64,000 nucleotides of DNA, from NCBI GenBank assembly GCA_964523545.1, contig CAZFZM010000005.1:31805-95804 (forward strand), in the 5' to 3' direction. The translations under genes and the position numbers were made by a program. The notes beneath the pieces were generated by a model. The model saw only the letters and a program-made list of their open reading frames with translations. It did not search any database and had not been told where the DNA came from. Of this stretch, positions 17,358 to 25,031 are shown one piece after another. Position 1 is the stretch's first letter; every line of letters begins with the position of its first letter. This DNA is from an uncultured Thermotogae bacterium (GTDB lineage Bacteria; Bipolaricaulota; Bipolaricaulia; UBA7950; UBA9294).

Positions 17358-18748
17358 GTCTGTCGTCCTCCGATCGTCAGCGTGCATCTCAGATGCGGGC
17401 CGCCGGCGTCGACCTTCGCTGCCTGCCCCTTGCCGCAGGCGCCGGCGCCGTGCTCCCACGCGAAGTCGTCACCGATCGCGTCGACCGACTTGAGCACGTC
17501 GAACGCGTTCCCGGAGATCGTCACGCCTCGGACGAGATCGCCGACCTTCCCGTCGACGATCCGATGGGCCTCCTTGACGCCGAACATGAACTCGGCGTTC
17601 GAGTCGGCCTGTCCGCTCAAGCCGAGCCCGCGAAGGTAGTACCCGTTGACGATCCCGCCGATCAGCTCCTCGAACGGCGTCTCCCCCGGTTCGATGTACG
17701 TGTTGCGCATCCGGATGATCGGGTCGTCGCTGTACACGTACGCGCGAGCGTTCCCGGTCGGGGCGACGCCGTAGTGCGCCGCCGTCTCTCGATTGTGTAG
17801 GAACGAGCGGAGGACGCCCTTCTCGATGATGACCGTCCGCTGCGTCAGGACACCCTCGTCGTCGACGGGAAGGATCCCGACCGCGTACGGGGAGTACTCG
17901 GTCGCGCCGCTGTCGCAGAGGGTGACCAGCTCGGAGGCGACGGCTACCCCGATCTTGTCGGAGGTGATCGCGCCGCCGAGCACGATGTCCGCTTCGACGG
18001 TGTGGCCGATCGCCTCGTGGCAGAGGATCCCGACGAGGCCGGGGTCGAGGACGACGACGGAAGAGCCGCCGCTCGGGTGAGGTGCCGCCAGCTGATCGAC
18101 GGCGAGCCGAACCGACTTGTCTGCGAGCTCCTCCGGAGCGGCGATCCCGAGGAGATCGGACCATCCTCCGGTGACGCCGGAGCTCTCCATCCCCATCGTC
18201 TGATCGCCGTTGCGCCCGGCGACGGCGATCGTGCGCAGCTCAGGCTTCGAGTCGAAGACTCGGGCCGACGCGCCGTCGCTCGTGACGATCACCTTCTCGT
18301 CCTGGATCTCGCCGTACGAGGCGGTGCTCGAGACGATCTCCTTCGCGCCGTCGCGGATTCGCTCGTCGAGCCGGAGGACGAGGGCCAGCTTCTCCTCCAG
18401 CGAGTGCGCGTCGAGTGGATCGTCGGTCGCGACGGCGAACGTGCCGGCCGCCATCGGAGCTTCGGCAAGACCTGACAGCCGTTCCTTCTTGGCGCCGGCC
18501 GACGTCCTGGCGGCGCTCTGGGCCGCGTCGATCGCGGCGAGGACGCCCTGTTCGGAGACGTCCGTCGTGCTGGCGAATCCGAACACCCCGTCGACGAGCG
18601 CACGGACGCCCAGACCGGCGAGTAGCGCGCTCGACGACTCCTCAAGAGTGCCGTTGCGGACGGTGATCCGTTTCGTACTCCGCGCTTGATAGCGAAGCTC
18701 GACCCAGCCGCTCGCGCCGGCCACGATCTTCTCAAGTAGCTTCTGCAT
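17354..18748 (-). CDS. tldD: TldD family metalloprotease (pair 1)
   Basis: 464 aa. Contains HEAIGH (HExxxH) and the GxC..GKG C-terminal signature. AAGGAGG lies upstream. Confidence 0.9.
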   Translation of the reverse strand: MQKLLEKIVAGASGWVELRYQARSTKRITVRNGTLEESSSALLAGLGVRALVDGVFGFASTTDVSEQGVLAAIDAAQSAARTSAGAKKERLSGLAEAPMAAGTFAVATDDPLDAHSLEEKLALVLRLDERIRDGAKEIVSSTASYGEIQDEKVIVTSDGASARVFDSKPELRTIAVAGRNGDQTMGMESSGVTGGWSDLLGIAAPEELADKSVRLAVDQLAAPHPSGGSSVVVLDPGLVGILCHEAIGHTVEADIVLGGAITSDKIGVAVASELVTLCDSGATEYSPYAVGILPVDDEGVLTQRTVIIEKGVLRSFLHNRETAAHYGVAPTGNARAYVYSDDPIIRMRNTYIEPGETPFEELIGGIVNGYYLRGLGLSGQADSNAEFMFGVKEAHRIVDGKVGDLVRGVTISGNAFDVLKSVDAIGDDFAWEHGAGACGKGQAAKVDAGGPHLRCTLTIGGRQT

Positions 18749-18926
18749 TCCGCCTCCTTCGCGGGCCCGGAACGTGTCGGTTGATCATCCTGTAAGTATG
18801 TCGCTGGCCGGTCGAAGTTCAACGAACGCCGGTGAACGGATCGCCGCTTCGGGAGCGATGCGACTTGCTGCGGCGGGCGTTATCGTGTAGGAAGGAGCCT
18901 TAGCGCGTTCATCGAGGAGGGGGAGC

Positions 18927-20339
18927 ATGCACTGCAAGACGATCGTTGCACTTGGATTGGCCTGTCTGCTTGGGACGGTCGGATTTGCCGTCGAAGAAGA
19001 GGCGGGCGATGGGAGGATCTGGTTCGGGCTCGGCGGCTCGACCCTCGGTCTGTTCTTTCCCGATCTCACCGCGGTCGACGCGTTTCTGACCGACAACGGG
19101 TTCGGCGGATTCGGCGACGCGATGCTGTTCTCCGGCGGCCGGGGTCGAGGAGGAGCCCTCCATGGGCTTTCGCTCGGAGGGATCGGCTGGGGGGGCGAGG
19201 TGAAGAGCTCTGTGGAGAACCGGTACGCGGAGCTGGCGATCGGGTTCGGCGGCCTCGAACTCGGCCGGGTGATCGGCGGTGACGAGCGGTCGCTGTTGAC
19301 CCTCGGCGTCGTCCTCGGCGGTGGCGGATCGTCGTTGACCCTGATCGAAGACGTGAGCGCGTTCGGCGAGGACCACGATCCGTTCGGCCCTTGCGGGATC
19401 GTCCCCGAACCGGCGGTTCTGAGCAGGCACGGAGCGTTCGGCGCGGTCGAACCGTTCGTCAGCCTACAGGTTCAGCCGCTTCACAACCTGGGATTCGAGC
19501 TTCATCTTGGGTACCTCCTGCCGCTCTTCTCGTTCGAGTGGGGAGACGCGGAGCTGGAGGGCGTCTCGCGGGGGCTCGCCGGACCGGCGGTCGGCTTCTC
19601 TGTCACGTGGGGAGCGATCGGGCGCCCGGTGATCGGACCGGTCTTCGAACGCCCGGAACTCGAAGAGACGATCGACCAGTCCGTTCTGCTCGCCGGTCCG
19701 TGCGTCGAGGTCGACAACGCCATCGGCGAGATCACCGTCGAAACGGCGGAGAGCGCCGATGCGGAATCGACGGTACGGATCGTCGCCACGAAACGTGCCC
19801 GCTCGCAGGCGACCCTCGATCGTGTGTCGGTCCTGATCGAGCCGACGCGGTGCGGCCTGACCGTCCATTCGAAGGGCCCGCGAAACGGCTATTGGGAGAT
19901 CGACTACGTGATCACCGTTCCGGCCGGGATCGAGATCGAGGCGAAGCAGGCCGCTGGGGACGTCCGATTGCTCGACGTTTCGTCGACTGCTGCGGTCGAG
20001 CTCGGCCTCGGTGAAGTCGAAGTCAGCGGCTTCACGGGCTCTTCCTTGACCGTCAGCTCTGGCGCCGGCGACGTCCGCCTCAGCGACGTCGAGGCGGAGA
20101 CGATCGAGGTCGGGCTGGGGACCGGCGACATCGAGATCGTCCTGCCGAACGAGGCGTCGTACGAGGTCGTGGCCGAGGCCGGGATCGGCGAGATCCGGAT
20201 CGGCCCGTTCCCCGGTGTCGAGGCGATCGAAGCGGGCGGCTTCGCGAGCAGCGTCGGGGCGACCCTCGGTGCCGGGGGGCGCAGCCTGTCGGCCAAGGTC
20301 GGCGTCGGGGAAATCGAAATCCGACCGGCGTCGGAGTAG
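18927..20339 (+). CDS. secreted protein: Gly-rich beta-barrel-like N-terminal half plus C-terminal DUF4097 (putative adhesin) repeats
   Basis: 470 aa with signal peptide. The N-terminal half is rich in G-x-G/aromatic strand-like segments. The C-terminal half has a repeating V.L.T..GDI.I pattern typical of DUF4097. Confidence 0.75.
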   Translation: MHCKTIVALGLACLLGTVGFAVEEEAGDGRIWFGLGGSTLGLFFPDLTAVDAFLTDNGFGGFGDAMLFSGGRGRGGALHGLSLGGIGWGGEVKSSVENRYAELAIGFGGLELGRVIGGDERSLLTLGVVLGGGGSSLTLIEDVSAFGEDHDPFGPCGIVPEPAVLSRHGAFGAVEPFVSLQVQPLHNLGFELHLGYLLPLFSFEWGDAELEGVSRGLAGPAVGFSVTWGAIGRPVIGPVFERPELEETIDQSVLLAGPCVEVDNAIGEITVETAESADAESTVRIVATKRARSQATLDRVSVLIEPTRCGLTVHSKGPRNGYWEIDYVITVPAGIEIEAKQAAGDVRLLDVSSTAAVELGLGEVEVSGFTGSSLTVSSGAGDVRLSDVEAETIEVGLGTGDIEIVLPNEASYEVVAEAGIGEIRIGPFPGVEAIEAGGFASSVGATLGAGGRSLSAKVGVGEIEIRPASE

Positions 20340-20371
20340 CGGTCGCACGCCGGGACATCGGAGGGGAGGAC

Positions 20372-21151
20372 GTGGAGACGAACCCGATCATCGAGGGGAT
20401 GCTGCGGAGGAAGTCGATCCGGGAGTTCAGCGACGAGGAGCCGACGCGCGAGATCATCGAGGCGGTCGTACGCGCCGGGCAGCAGGCGCCGTTCGCCGCG
20501 CAGCTCGGCAGTCTTCTCTTGAAGCGGGATCGCGAGGCGAACCCCTTCGGCGCGCCGCTCCTGTTCACCGTCTGCGTCGACGTCCATCGGATGGAGCGGG
20601 TGATGGCGGCGCGCCGGTGGCGGCGCGTCATGTGCGATCTGGCGGCGCTCCTTCTGGGAATCCAAGACGCGGCGTACATGGCGCAGAACATGGTGCAGGC
20701 GGGAGAGTCGCTGGGGATGGGCAGCTGCTACCTCGGTGCGGCACCGTACTACGCCGCACAGATCGTCGAGGAGTACGCGCTGCCGCCCCGCGTCTTCCCC
20801 CTCGTGCAGTTGGCGATGGGGTATCCGGCAGAGGATCCGCCGGTGCGTCCCCGCTATCCGATCGAATTCTCCCTGTTCGAGGACCGGTACCCCGAGCTGG
20901 ACGAGACCGCGGTCGAGCGGTCGATGGCCGTCATGGACGACGGCTACCTCGCCCAGGACTACTACCGGTCGCGAAACGCGATGCTTCCGGTTGGGGGAGG
21001 GCGAGAGGAGACGTTCGACTACGCCGACTACTCGTGGACCGAGCACATCTCGCGGAAGCTCGGCCAGTGGAGCGAGGACCCGGCCGAGCTCCTCCGCGCG
21101 TTCGAGTCGTGCGGATTCCGTCTCGGAGAGGCGGTCTCGGACGCCGGGTGA
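20372..21151 (+). CDS. nitroreductase family protein
   Basis: 259 aa. RRKSIREFSDEEPTREIIEAVVRAGQQAP is the typical nitroreductase N-terminus. An extra C-terminal segment of about 80 aa follows. Confidence 0.8.
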   Translation: METNPIIEGMLRRKSIREFSDEEPTREIIEAVVRAGQQAPFAAQLGSLLLKRDREANPFGAPLLFTVCVDVHRMERVMAARRWRRVMCDLAALLLGIQDAAYMAQNMVQAGESLGMGSCYLGAAPYYAAQIVEEYALPPRVFPLVQLAMGYPAEDPPVRPRYPIEFSLFEDRYPELDETAVERSMAVMDDGYLAQDYYRSRNAMLPVGGGREETFDYADYSWTEHISRKLGQWSEDPAELLRAFESCGFRLGEAVSDAG

Positions 21152-21175
21152 ACGCGGGCCGGGTGCGCGGATCCC

Positions 21176-21205
21176 TTGACAGAAGTGGAGACCCCCCTCT
21201 ATTCT
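21176..21205 (+). promoter_or_regulatory. putative promoter TTGACA-N18-TATTCT upstream of tRNA-Met
   Basis: Consensus -35 read directly from the sequence. The predicted TSS is about 7 nt before the tRNA 5' end. Confidence 0.5.
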
Positions 21206-21218
21206 CGGTCGTGCGAAC

Positions 21219-21290
21219 GGGTCCATAGCTCAGGGGCAGAGCAGCCGGCTCATAACCGGTCGGTCCCAGGTTCGAATCCTGGTGGACCCA
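21219..21290 (+). tRNA. tRNA-Met (anticodon CAT; elongator-type, an Ile2/lysidine identity not excluded)
   Basis: Hand-folded cloverleaf. Acceptor GGGTCCA/TGGACCC (7 bp), D arm GCTC/GAGC, anticodon arm GCCGG-CTCATAA-CCGGT, T arm CCAGG-TTCGAAT-CCTGG, discriminator A. No encoded CCA. G1-C72 is paired and there is no GGG/CCC anticodon stem, so it is not an initiator. Confidence 0.85.
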
Positions 21291-21294
21291 CACG

Positions 21295-21816
21295 ATGAAG
21301 AAGCTGTTTGTGTACGTCGATGGAGCGGCGAAGGGAGAACCGGGAGAGGCCGGGATCGGGATCGCGGTCACCGACCAGGACGGGACCGTGATCGATGAGG
21401 TCTCGCAGTTGATCGGTCGGGCGACGACCGAGGTCGCGGAGTACCGTGCGTTGATCGAGGCGGCCAGGCACGTGGCTTCGTACGATGTGGACTCGGTGAT
21501 TTTCTTCACCGACAATCAACGCGTCGTGAACTACATCAACCGGGTGTTCGAGACCCGCGAGCCGCACATCAAGCGACTGATCGAGATCGCGCTGGGGCTT
21601 CTCAATCGGATTCCCCGGTGGCGGGTCAACTACGTCGATCGTGACGCCAACGTGCGGGCGCCCCGCCTCGTCGAGCAGGCCTTCCATCAGAGCATCCAGG
21701 CCCAGGTGACGCGCGAGCGGATGGAACTCGTCCTCCTCGCGCGGGCCGCGACGTTGAGCGACGACGCCATGCAGCGCCTGATCGATTACGCCGAACGGCT
21801 GCAGGAAGAAGGCTGA
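21295..21816 (+). CDS. rnhA: ribonuclease HI family protein
   Basis: 173 aa. FVYVDGAA..GIG, EVAEYRAL, FTDNQ and VDRDAN supply the DEDD catalytic residues. ATG lies 4 nt after the tRNA discriminator base. Confidence 0.85.
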   Translation: MKKLFVYVDGAAKGEPGEAGIGIAVTDQDGTVIDEVSQLIGRATTEVAEYRALIEAARHVASYDVDSVIFFTDNQRVVNYINRVFETREPHIKRLIEIALGLLNRIPRWRVNYVDRDANVRAPRLVEQAFHQSIQAQVTRERMELVLLARAATLSDDAMQRLIDYAERLQEEG

Positions 21817-21819
21817 TCG

Positions 21820-22278
21820 ATGCGGCTGGTCGTGCAGCGTGTCCGACGTGCCTCCGTCGATGTCGACGGCGTCCGAATCGCCGAGATCGAGCGCGGGCTT
21901 CTGCTGCTCGTCGGGATCGCTTCGGAAGACGCGAACGTGAACCTGGAGAAGGCCGCGGGCAAGATCGTCGATCTGCGCATCTTCGAGGACGACGAGGGAA
22001 GGATGAACCGGTCCCTCCGTGACACCGGAGGTCAGCTCCTCGCGGTGTCGCAGTTCACGCTGTACGGGGACACCCGAAAGGGTCGGCGACCGAGTTTCGT
22101 TGGGGCGGCGCCCCCCGAGATCGCCGAGCCGCTGTTCGACGCGTTCGTCGACGCGATCCGCGATCAGGGGGTCCACGTCGAGACGGGGCGGTTCGGGGCC
22201 AAGATGGTGGTGGATCTGGTCAACGACGGGCCGGTCACCCTCCTGATCGAGGTTGAGTCGCCGGCACCGGTCGGCTAA
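21820..22278 (+). CDS. dtd: D-aminoacyl-tRNA deacylase
   Basis: 152 aa. MRLVVQRV..A.V.V, SQFTLYGD..KGRRPSF and the GAKM motif are the canonical Dtd pattern. Confidence 0.95.
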   Translation: MRLVVQRVRRASVDVDGVRIAEIERGLLLLVGIASEDANVNLEKAAGKIVDLRIFEDDEGRMNRSLRDTGGQLLAVSQFTLYGDTRKGRRPSFVGAAPPEIAEPLFDAFVDAIRDQGVHVETGRFGAKMVVDLVNDGPVTLLIEVESPAPVG

Positions 22279-22334
22279 ACTGCGGGTCTCGGCGGCTCTT
22301 CGGACACAACGAGGGCTCGCCTGCAGGAGGAAGT

Positions 22335-22526
22335 ATGGCGGTTCCAAAGTACAGAACTTCGAGAGCGAAAGGGCGCGCCCGACGCAACCACTGGCGGAAG
22401 ATGGCATCGATTGCATCGAGCGAGTGCCCGCATTGCCACGAGACGAAGCTCCCGCATCGCGCGTGCCCGCACTGCGGGTACTACAACGGGATGGAGATTG
22501 TCTCACACGCCAAGGACGAGGGCTGA
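22335..22526 (+). CDS. rpmF: 50S ribosomal protein L32
   Basis: 63 aa. MAVPKYRTSRAKGRARR with CPHC...CPHCGYY zinc ribbon. AGGAGGA lies upstream. Confidence 0.9.
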   Translation: MAVPKYRTSRAKGRARRNHWRKMASIASSECPHCHETKLPHRACPHCGYYNGMEIVSHAKDEG

Positions 22527-22548
22527 ACCGCCTGCCTACCGGGCCACC

Positions 22549-22824
22549 CTATGATTCGTCGGTCTTCTTCGCCCGTTTGACCTCGGCCTTGGCCCGCTTC
22601 TTCTCGATCTTGGCCTGGGCGTCGAGCTGCGCCTTCTCGATCTCGACTCGCGGATCCGCGGGAGTCGGCGAGACGGTCGGAGCGGAGCCGGCCGTTTTCG
22701 CACGCCGACGCTCGATCAGCTTCAACGCGAACGACTTGCCGAATTGGCCGATGAAGCCGGCGACGAGCACCAGCAGAACCCACTTGAGAACGTCCCACAC
22801 CGCCTCGAGCGTCACGTCCGGCAT
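22549..22824 (-). CDS. hypothetical small membrane protein with Lys/Ala-rich tail
   Basis: ATG at 22824 (TTG at 22851 is an alternative). One TM (VLKWVLLVLVAGFIGQFG), then a charged coiled tail. Confidence 0.5.
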   Translation of the reverse strand: MPDVTLEAVWDVLKWVLLVLVAGFIGQFGKSFALKLIERRRAKTAGSAPTVSPTPADPRVEIEKAQLDAQAKIEKKRAKAEVKRAKKTDES

Positions 22825-22887
22825 GGTAGGGTAACCCAAGCGGCGCGGCAAGCACGCGGCGCGCGTCCTTTTCGGCCCGGATCGCTG

Positions 22888-22916
22888 TTGACATGTGCGA
22901 GATTCCCGTACAGAAT
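22888..22916 (+). promoter_or_regulatory. putative promoter TTGACA-N17-CAGAAT for ftsZ
   Basis: Read directly from the sequence. The ATG at 22893 that opens the track ORF lies inside the -35 hexamer. Confidence 0.5.
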
Positions 22917-22934
22917 GGCACAGGGAGCGATGCG

Positions 22935-24293
22935 ATGTCAGATCAGAATGCGGGGCCCACGGCGGAAGGGGCGCTTCGAGATCGATGGCGCGACGTGCTG
23001 AGCGCCATCGACGATCGGATCCTCCGCGCCTGTCTTCCCACGGACGTGGCGGCCGTCTCGCTCGATGAGGATCAGCTGTTCGTCTCCGTCGACAGCGAGT
23101 TCAAGAAGGAGTACTGCCTCCGGAAGCTGGAGAAGCTCCAGGAGGCAGTCACGAAGACGATCGGCCCGCACGAGGTCGTGATCGGCGAGCCTCCGCTCGT
23201 CGAGCAGGCACGAGAGCAGGAGCCTCAGCGCGGCGCCAACGCTCGGATCCTGGTCCTCGGCGTCGGCGACGGCGGCGTGAACGCCGTCGTGCGGATGCGC
23301 GAGGAACGACTGCAAGGCGTCCGGTTGGTGGCGGTCGATACCGATCGGCAGGTGCTCGATGCGGCTTCGATCGGGGAGACGCTGCAGCTGGGCATGGACA
23401 TCACGAGCGGCCGAGGGACCGGCGGGGATCTGGACAAGGGGCGCCACGCGGCGAGCGAGTCGCGATGGGAGATCGCGAACCTCGTCCGCGACATGGACCT
23501 CGTGTTCATCACGGCCGGGCTCGGCGGCGGCACTGGGAGCGGTGCCGCACCGGTCATCGCCGAGATTGCGAAGGAGGCCGACGCCCTGACGGTCGGCGTC
23601 GTGACGCGGCCGTTCTCGTTCGAGGGAACCGTTCGCATGAGCCACGCCGAGGCCGGCTTGGCGGAGCTACGTCGGGCGGCCGACGTGTTGATCGTCATCT
23701 CGAACGATCGGCTCCTGGAGACGAACGCGCGCGGCCTGCCGATGACGAAGGCGTTCGAGCTGGCCGACGAGATCCTCCACGAAGGGGTGCGCGGGATCTC
23801 CGATCTGATCACGATCCGCGGCTTGATCAATCTCGATTTTGCCGACATCCGAAGCGTCCTGTCCGGAGCCGGCGACGCGATGATGGGGATGGGACAGGCG
23901 ACCGGTGCTCAGCGGGCGGTCAACGCGGCGAAGTTCGCCAGCAGCAACCCTCTCCTCGAAGGGGATTCGATCCGGGGAGCCCGCAAGATGATCATGAACG
24001 TGACGGGCGGCGCGGACTTGACGCTCGGGGAGGTCACCGCGGCGGCCGACCACATCCGAAAAGCGGCGGCGACGGAGTGCGATCTGGTCTTCGGTGCCGT
24101 CGTCCAACCGGACTTCGGGGGCGGGATTCAGATCACGGTGATCGCGGCCGACTTCCAGGAAGCCGACATGATCGGTCGGGAGCTGCGACGGCCGCTACTG
24201 CGTGAGAGGATCACGGTGGACAAGAATCTCGATGTCCCCACGTTCCTTCGGAGGGAGCGCGTGACGGAACAGGACGAGGCGGAGAAGACGTAG
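22935..24293 (+). CDS. ftsZ: cell division GTPase FtsZ with a ~100-aa N-terminal extension
   Basis: ATG at 22935 lies 7 nt after AGGGAG. The core starts about nt 23241 (ARILVLGVGDGGVNAV). Tubulin signature GLGGGTGSGAAP and C-terminal peptide DVPTFLRRE are present. Confidence 0.9.
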   Translation: MSDQNAGPTAEGALRDRWRDVLSAIDDRILRACLPTDVAAVSLDEDQLFVSVDSEFKKEYCLRKLEKLQEAVTKTIGPHEVVIGEPPLVEQAREQEPQRGANARILVLGVGDGGVNAVVRMREERLQGVRLVAVDTDRQVLDAASIGETLQLGMDITSGRGTGGDLDKGRHAASESRWEIANLVRDMDLVFITAGLGGGTGSGAAPVIAEIAKEADALTVGVVTRPFSFEGTVRMSHAEAGLAELRRAADVLIVISNDRLLETNARGLPMTKAFELADEILHEGVRGISDLITIRGLINLDFADIRSVLSGAGDAMMGMGQATGAQRAVNAAKFASSNPLLEGDSIRGARKMIMNVTGGADLTLGEVTAAADHIRKAAATECDLVFGAVVQPDFGGGIQITVIAADFQEADMIGRELRRPLLRERITVDKNLDVPTFLRRERVTEQDEAEKT

Positions 24294-24308
24294 GGACCCT
24301 TTTCAGTG

Positions 24309-24326
24309 AAACCCCGCGCGGGGTTT
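24309..24326 (+). terminator. hairpin aaaccccg-cg-cggggttt after ftsZ
   Basis: 8-bp stem ending in TTT. Weak U-tract. It lies 16 nt after the ftsZ stop. Confidence 0.35.
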
Positions 24327-24352
24327 GTGGTAAGGCGTGGTGAGTGGTGAGC

Positions 24353-25024
24353 ATGGGATCTGCAAACATCTTGGTCTGCGAGGACGAGCGGCGCATCGCG
24401 GCCCTTCTCGAGGAAACCCTTCGGGAAGACGGGTATCGAGTGCGCGTCGTCGCGAGCAAGACAGACGCCGAGGAGCTTCTGGCGAAGTGGACGCCGGATT
24501 TGATCCTCCTCGACGTGATCCTCCCCGAGTCGAAGACGGCCGGTTGGGAGCTGTTGGCCGAGATTCGGAGGAGGAGCTCGGTTCCGATCATCATGGTCAC
24601 GGCGCTGAGCCGGGCCGACGACCGGGTGCGGGGGCTACGGGAGGGAGCCGACGACTTCATCTCCAAGCCGTTCCACCTCGAGGAGGTGTTGGCGCGAATC
24701 GAGGCGGTTCTCCGGAGGACGCAGCCGGGCATCGGTGCTCTCGACCTGATCATCGACGACGTCCGCAAGGAAGTGCGTCTCGAGGATCGAACGGTCTCCC
24801 TGTCTCCGAAGGAATACCGACTGCTGAAGCTGCTCGCCTCCTCGCCCGGCCGTGTCTTCACGACGCGCGAGATCCTGACCGAGCTGTGGCCGGGAAGTCC
24901 GTACGCCACGGGACAGGACGTACAGAAGTACGTCTACCTCCTCCGCCGGAAGATCGAGAGAGATCCGAAGAATCCGCGGCTCGTCCTGACGTCGCGTGGA
25001 TTCGGCTACCGCCTCGCCGTGTAG
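24353..25024 (+). CDS. OmpR/PhoB-family response regulator (no adjacent histidine kinase)
   Basis: Receiver domain (NILVCEDE...LILLDVILP...KPF) plus winged-helix output domain (LSPKEYRLLKLL...RGFGYRL). GTG at 24344 is an alternative start. Confidence 0.9.
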   Translation: MGSANILVCEDERRIAALLEETLREDGYRVRVVASKTDAEELLAKWTPDLILLDVILPESKTAGWELLAEIRRRSSVPIIMVTALSRADDRVRGLREGADDFISKPFHLEEVLARIEAVLRRTQPGIGALDLIIDDVRKEVRLEDRTVSLSPKEYRLLKLLASSPGRVFTTREILTELWPGSPYATGQDVQKYVYLLRRKIERDPKNPRLVLTSRGFGYRLAV

Positions 25025-25031
25025 TGCGCTT

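Noticed and set aside
16023-21151. TldD/PmbA pair plus a nitroreductase-fold protein, considered as a microcin B17/TOMM-like RiPP cluster.
   Set aside because: No YcaO/cyclodehydratase, no scaffold protein and no Gly/Ser/Cys-rich precursor ORF were seen. The nitroreductase is on the opposite strand beyond an unrelated gene. It looks like an ordinary NfsA/B-type enzyme rather than a SagB-type dehydrogenase.
22893-22934. ATG at 22893 as the ftsZ start (the longest ORF).
   Set aside because: It lies within the TTGACA -35 hexamer of the best promoter candidate and has no SD. ATG 22935 has AGGGAG 7 nt upstream.
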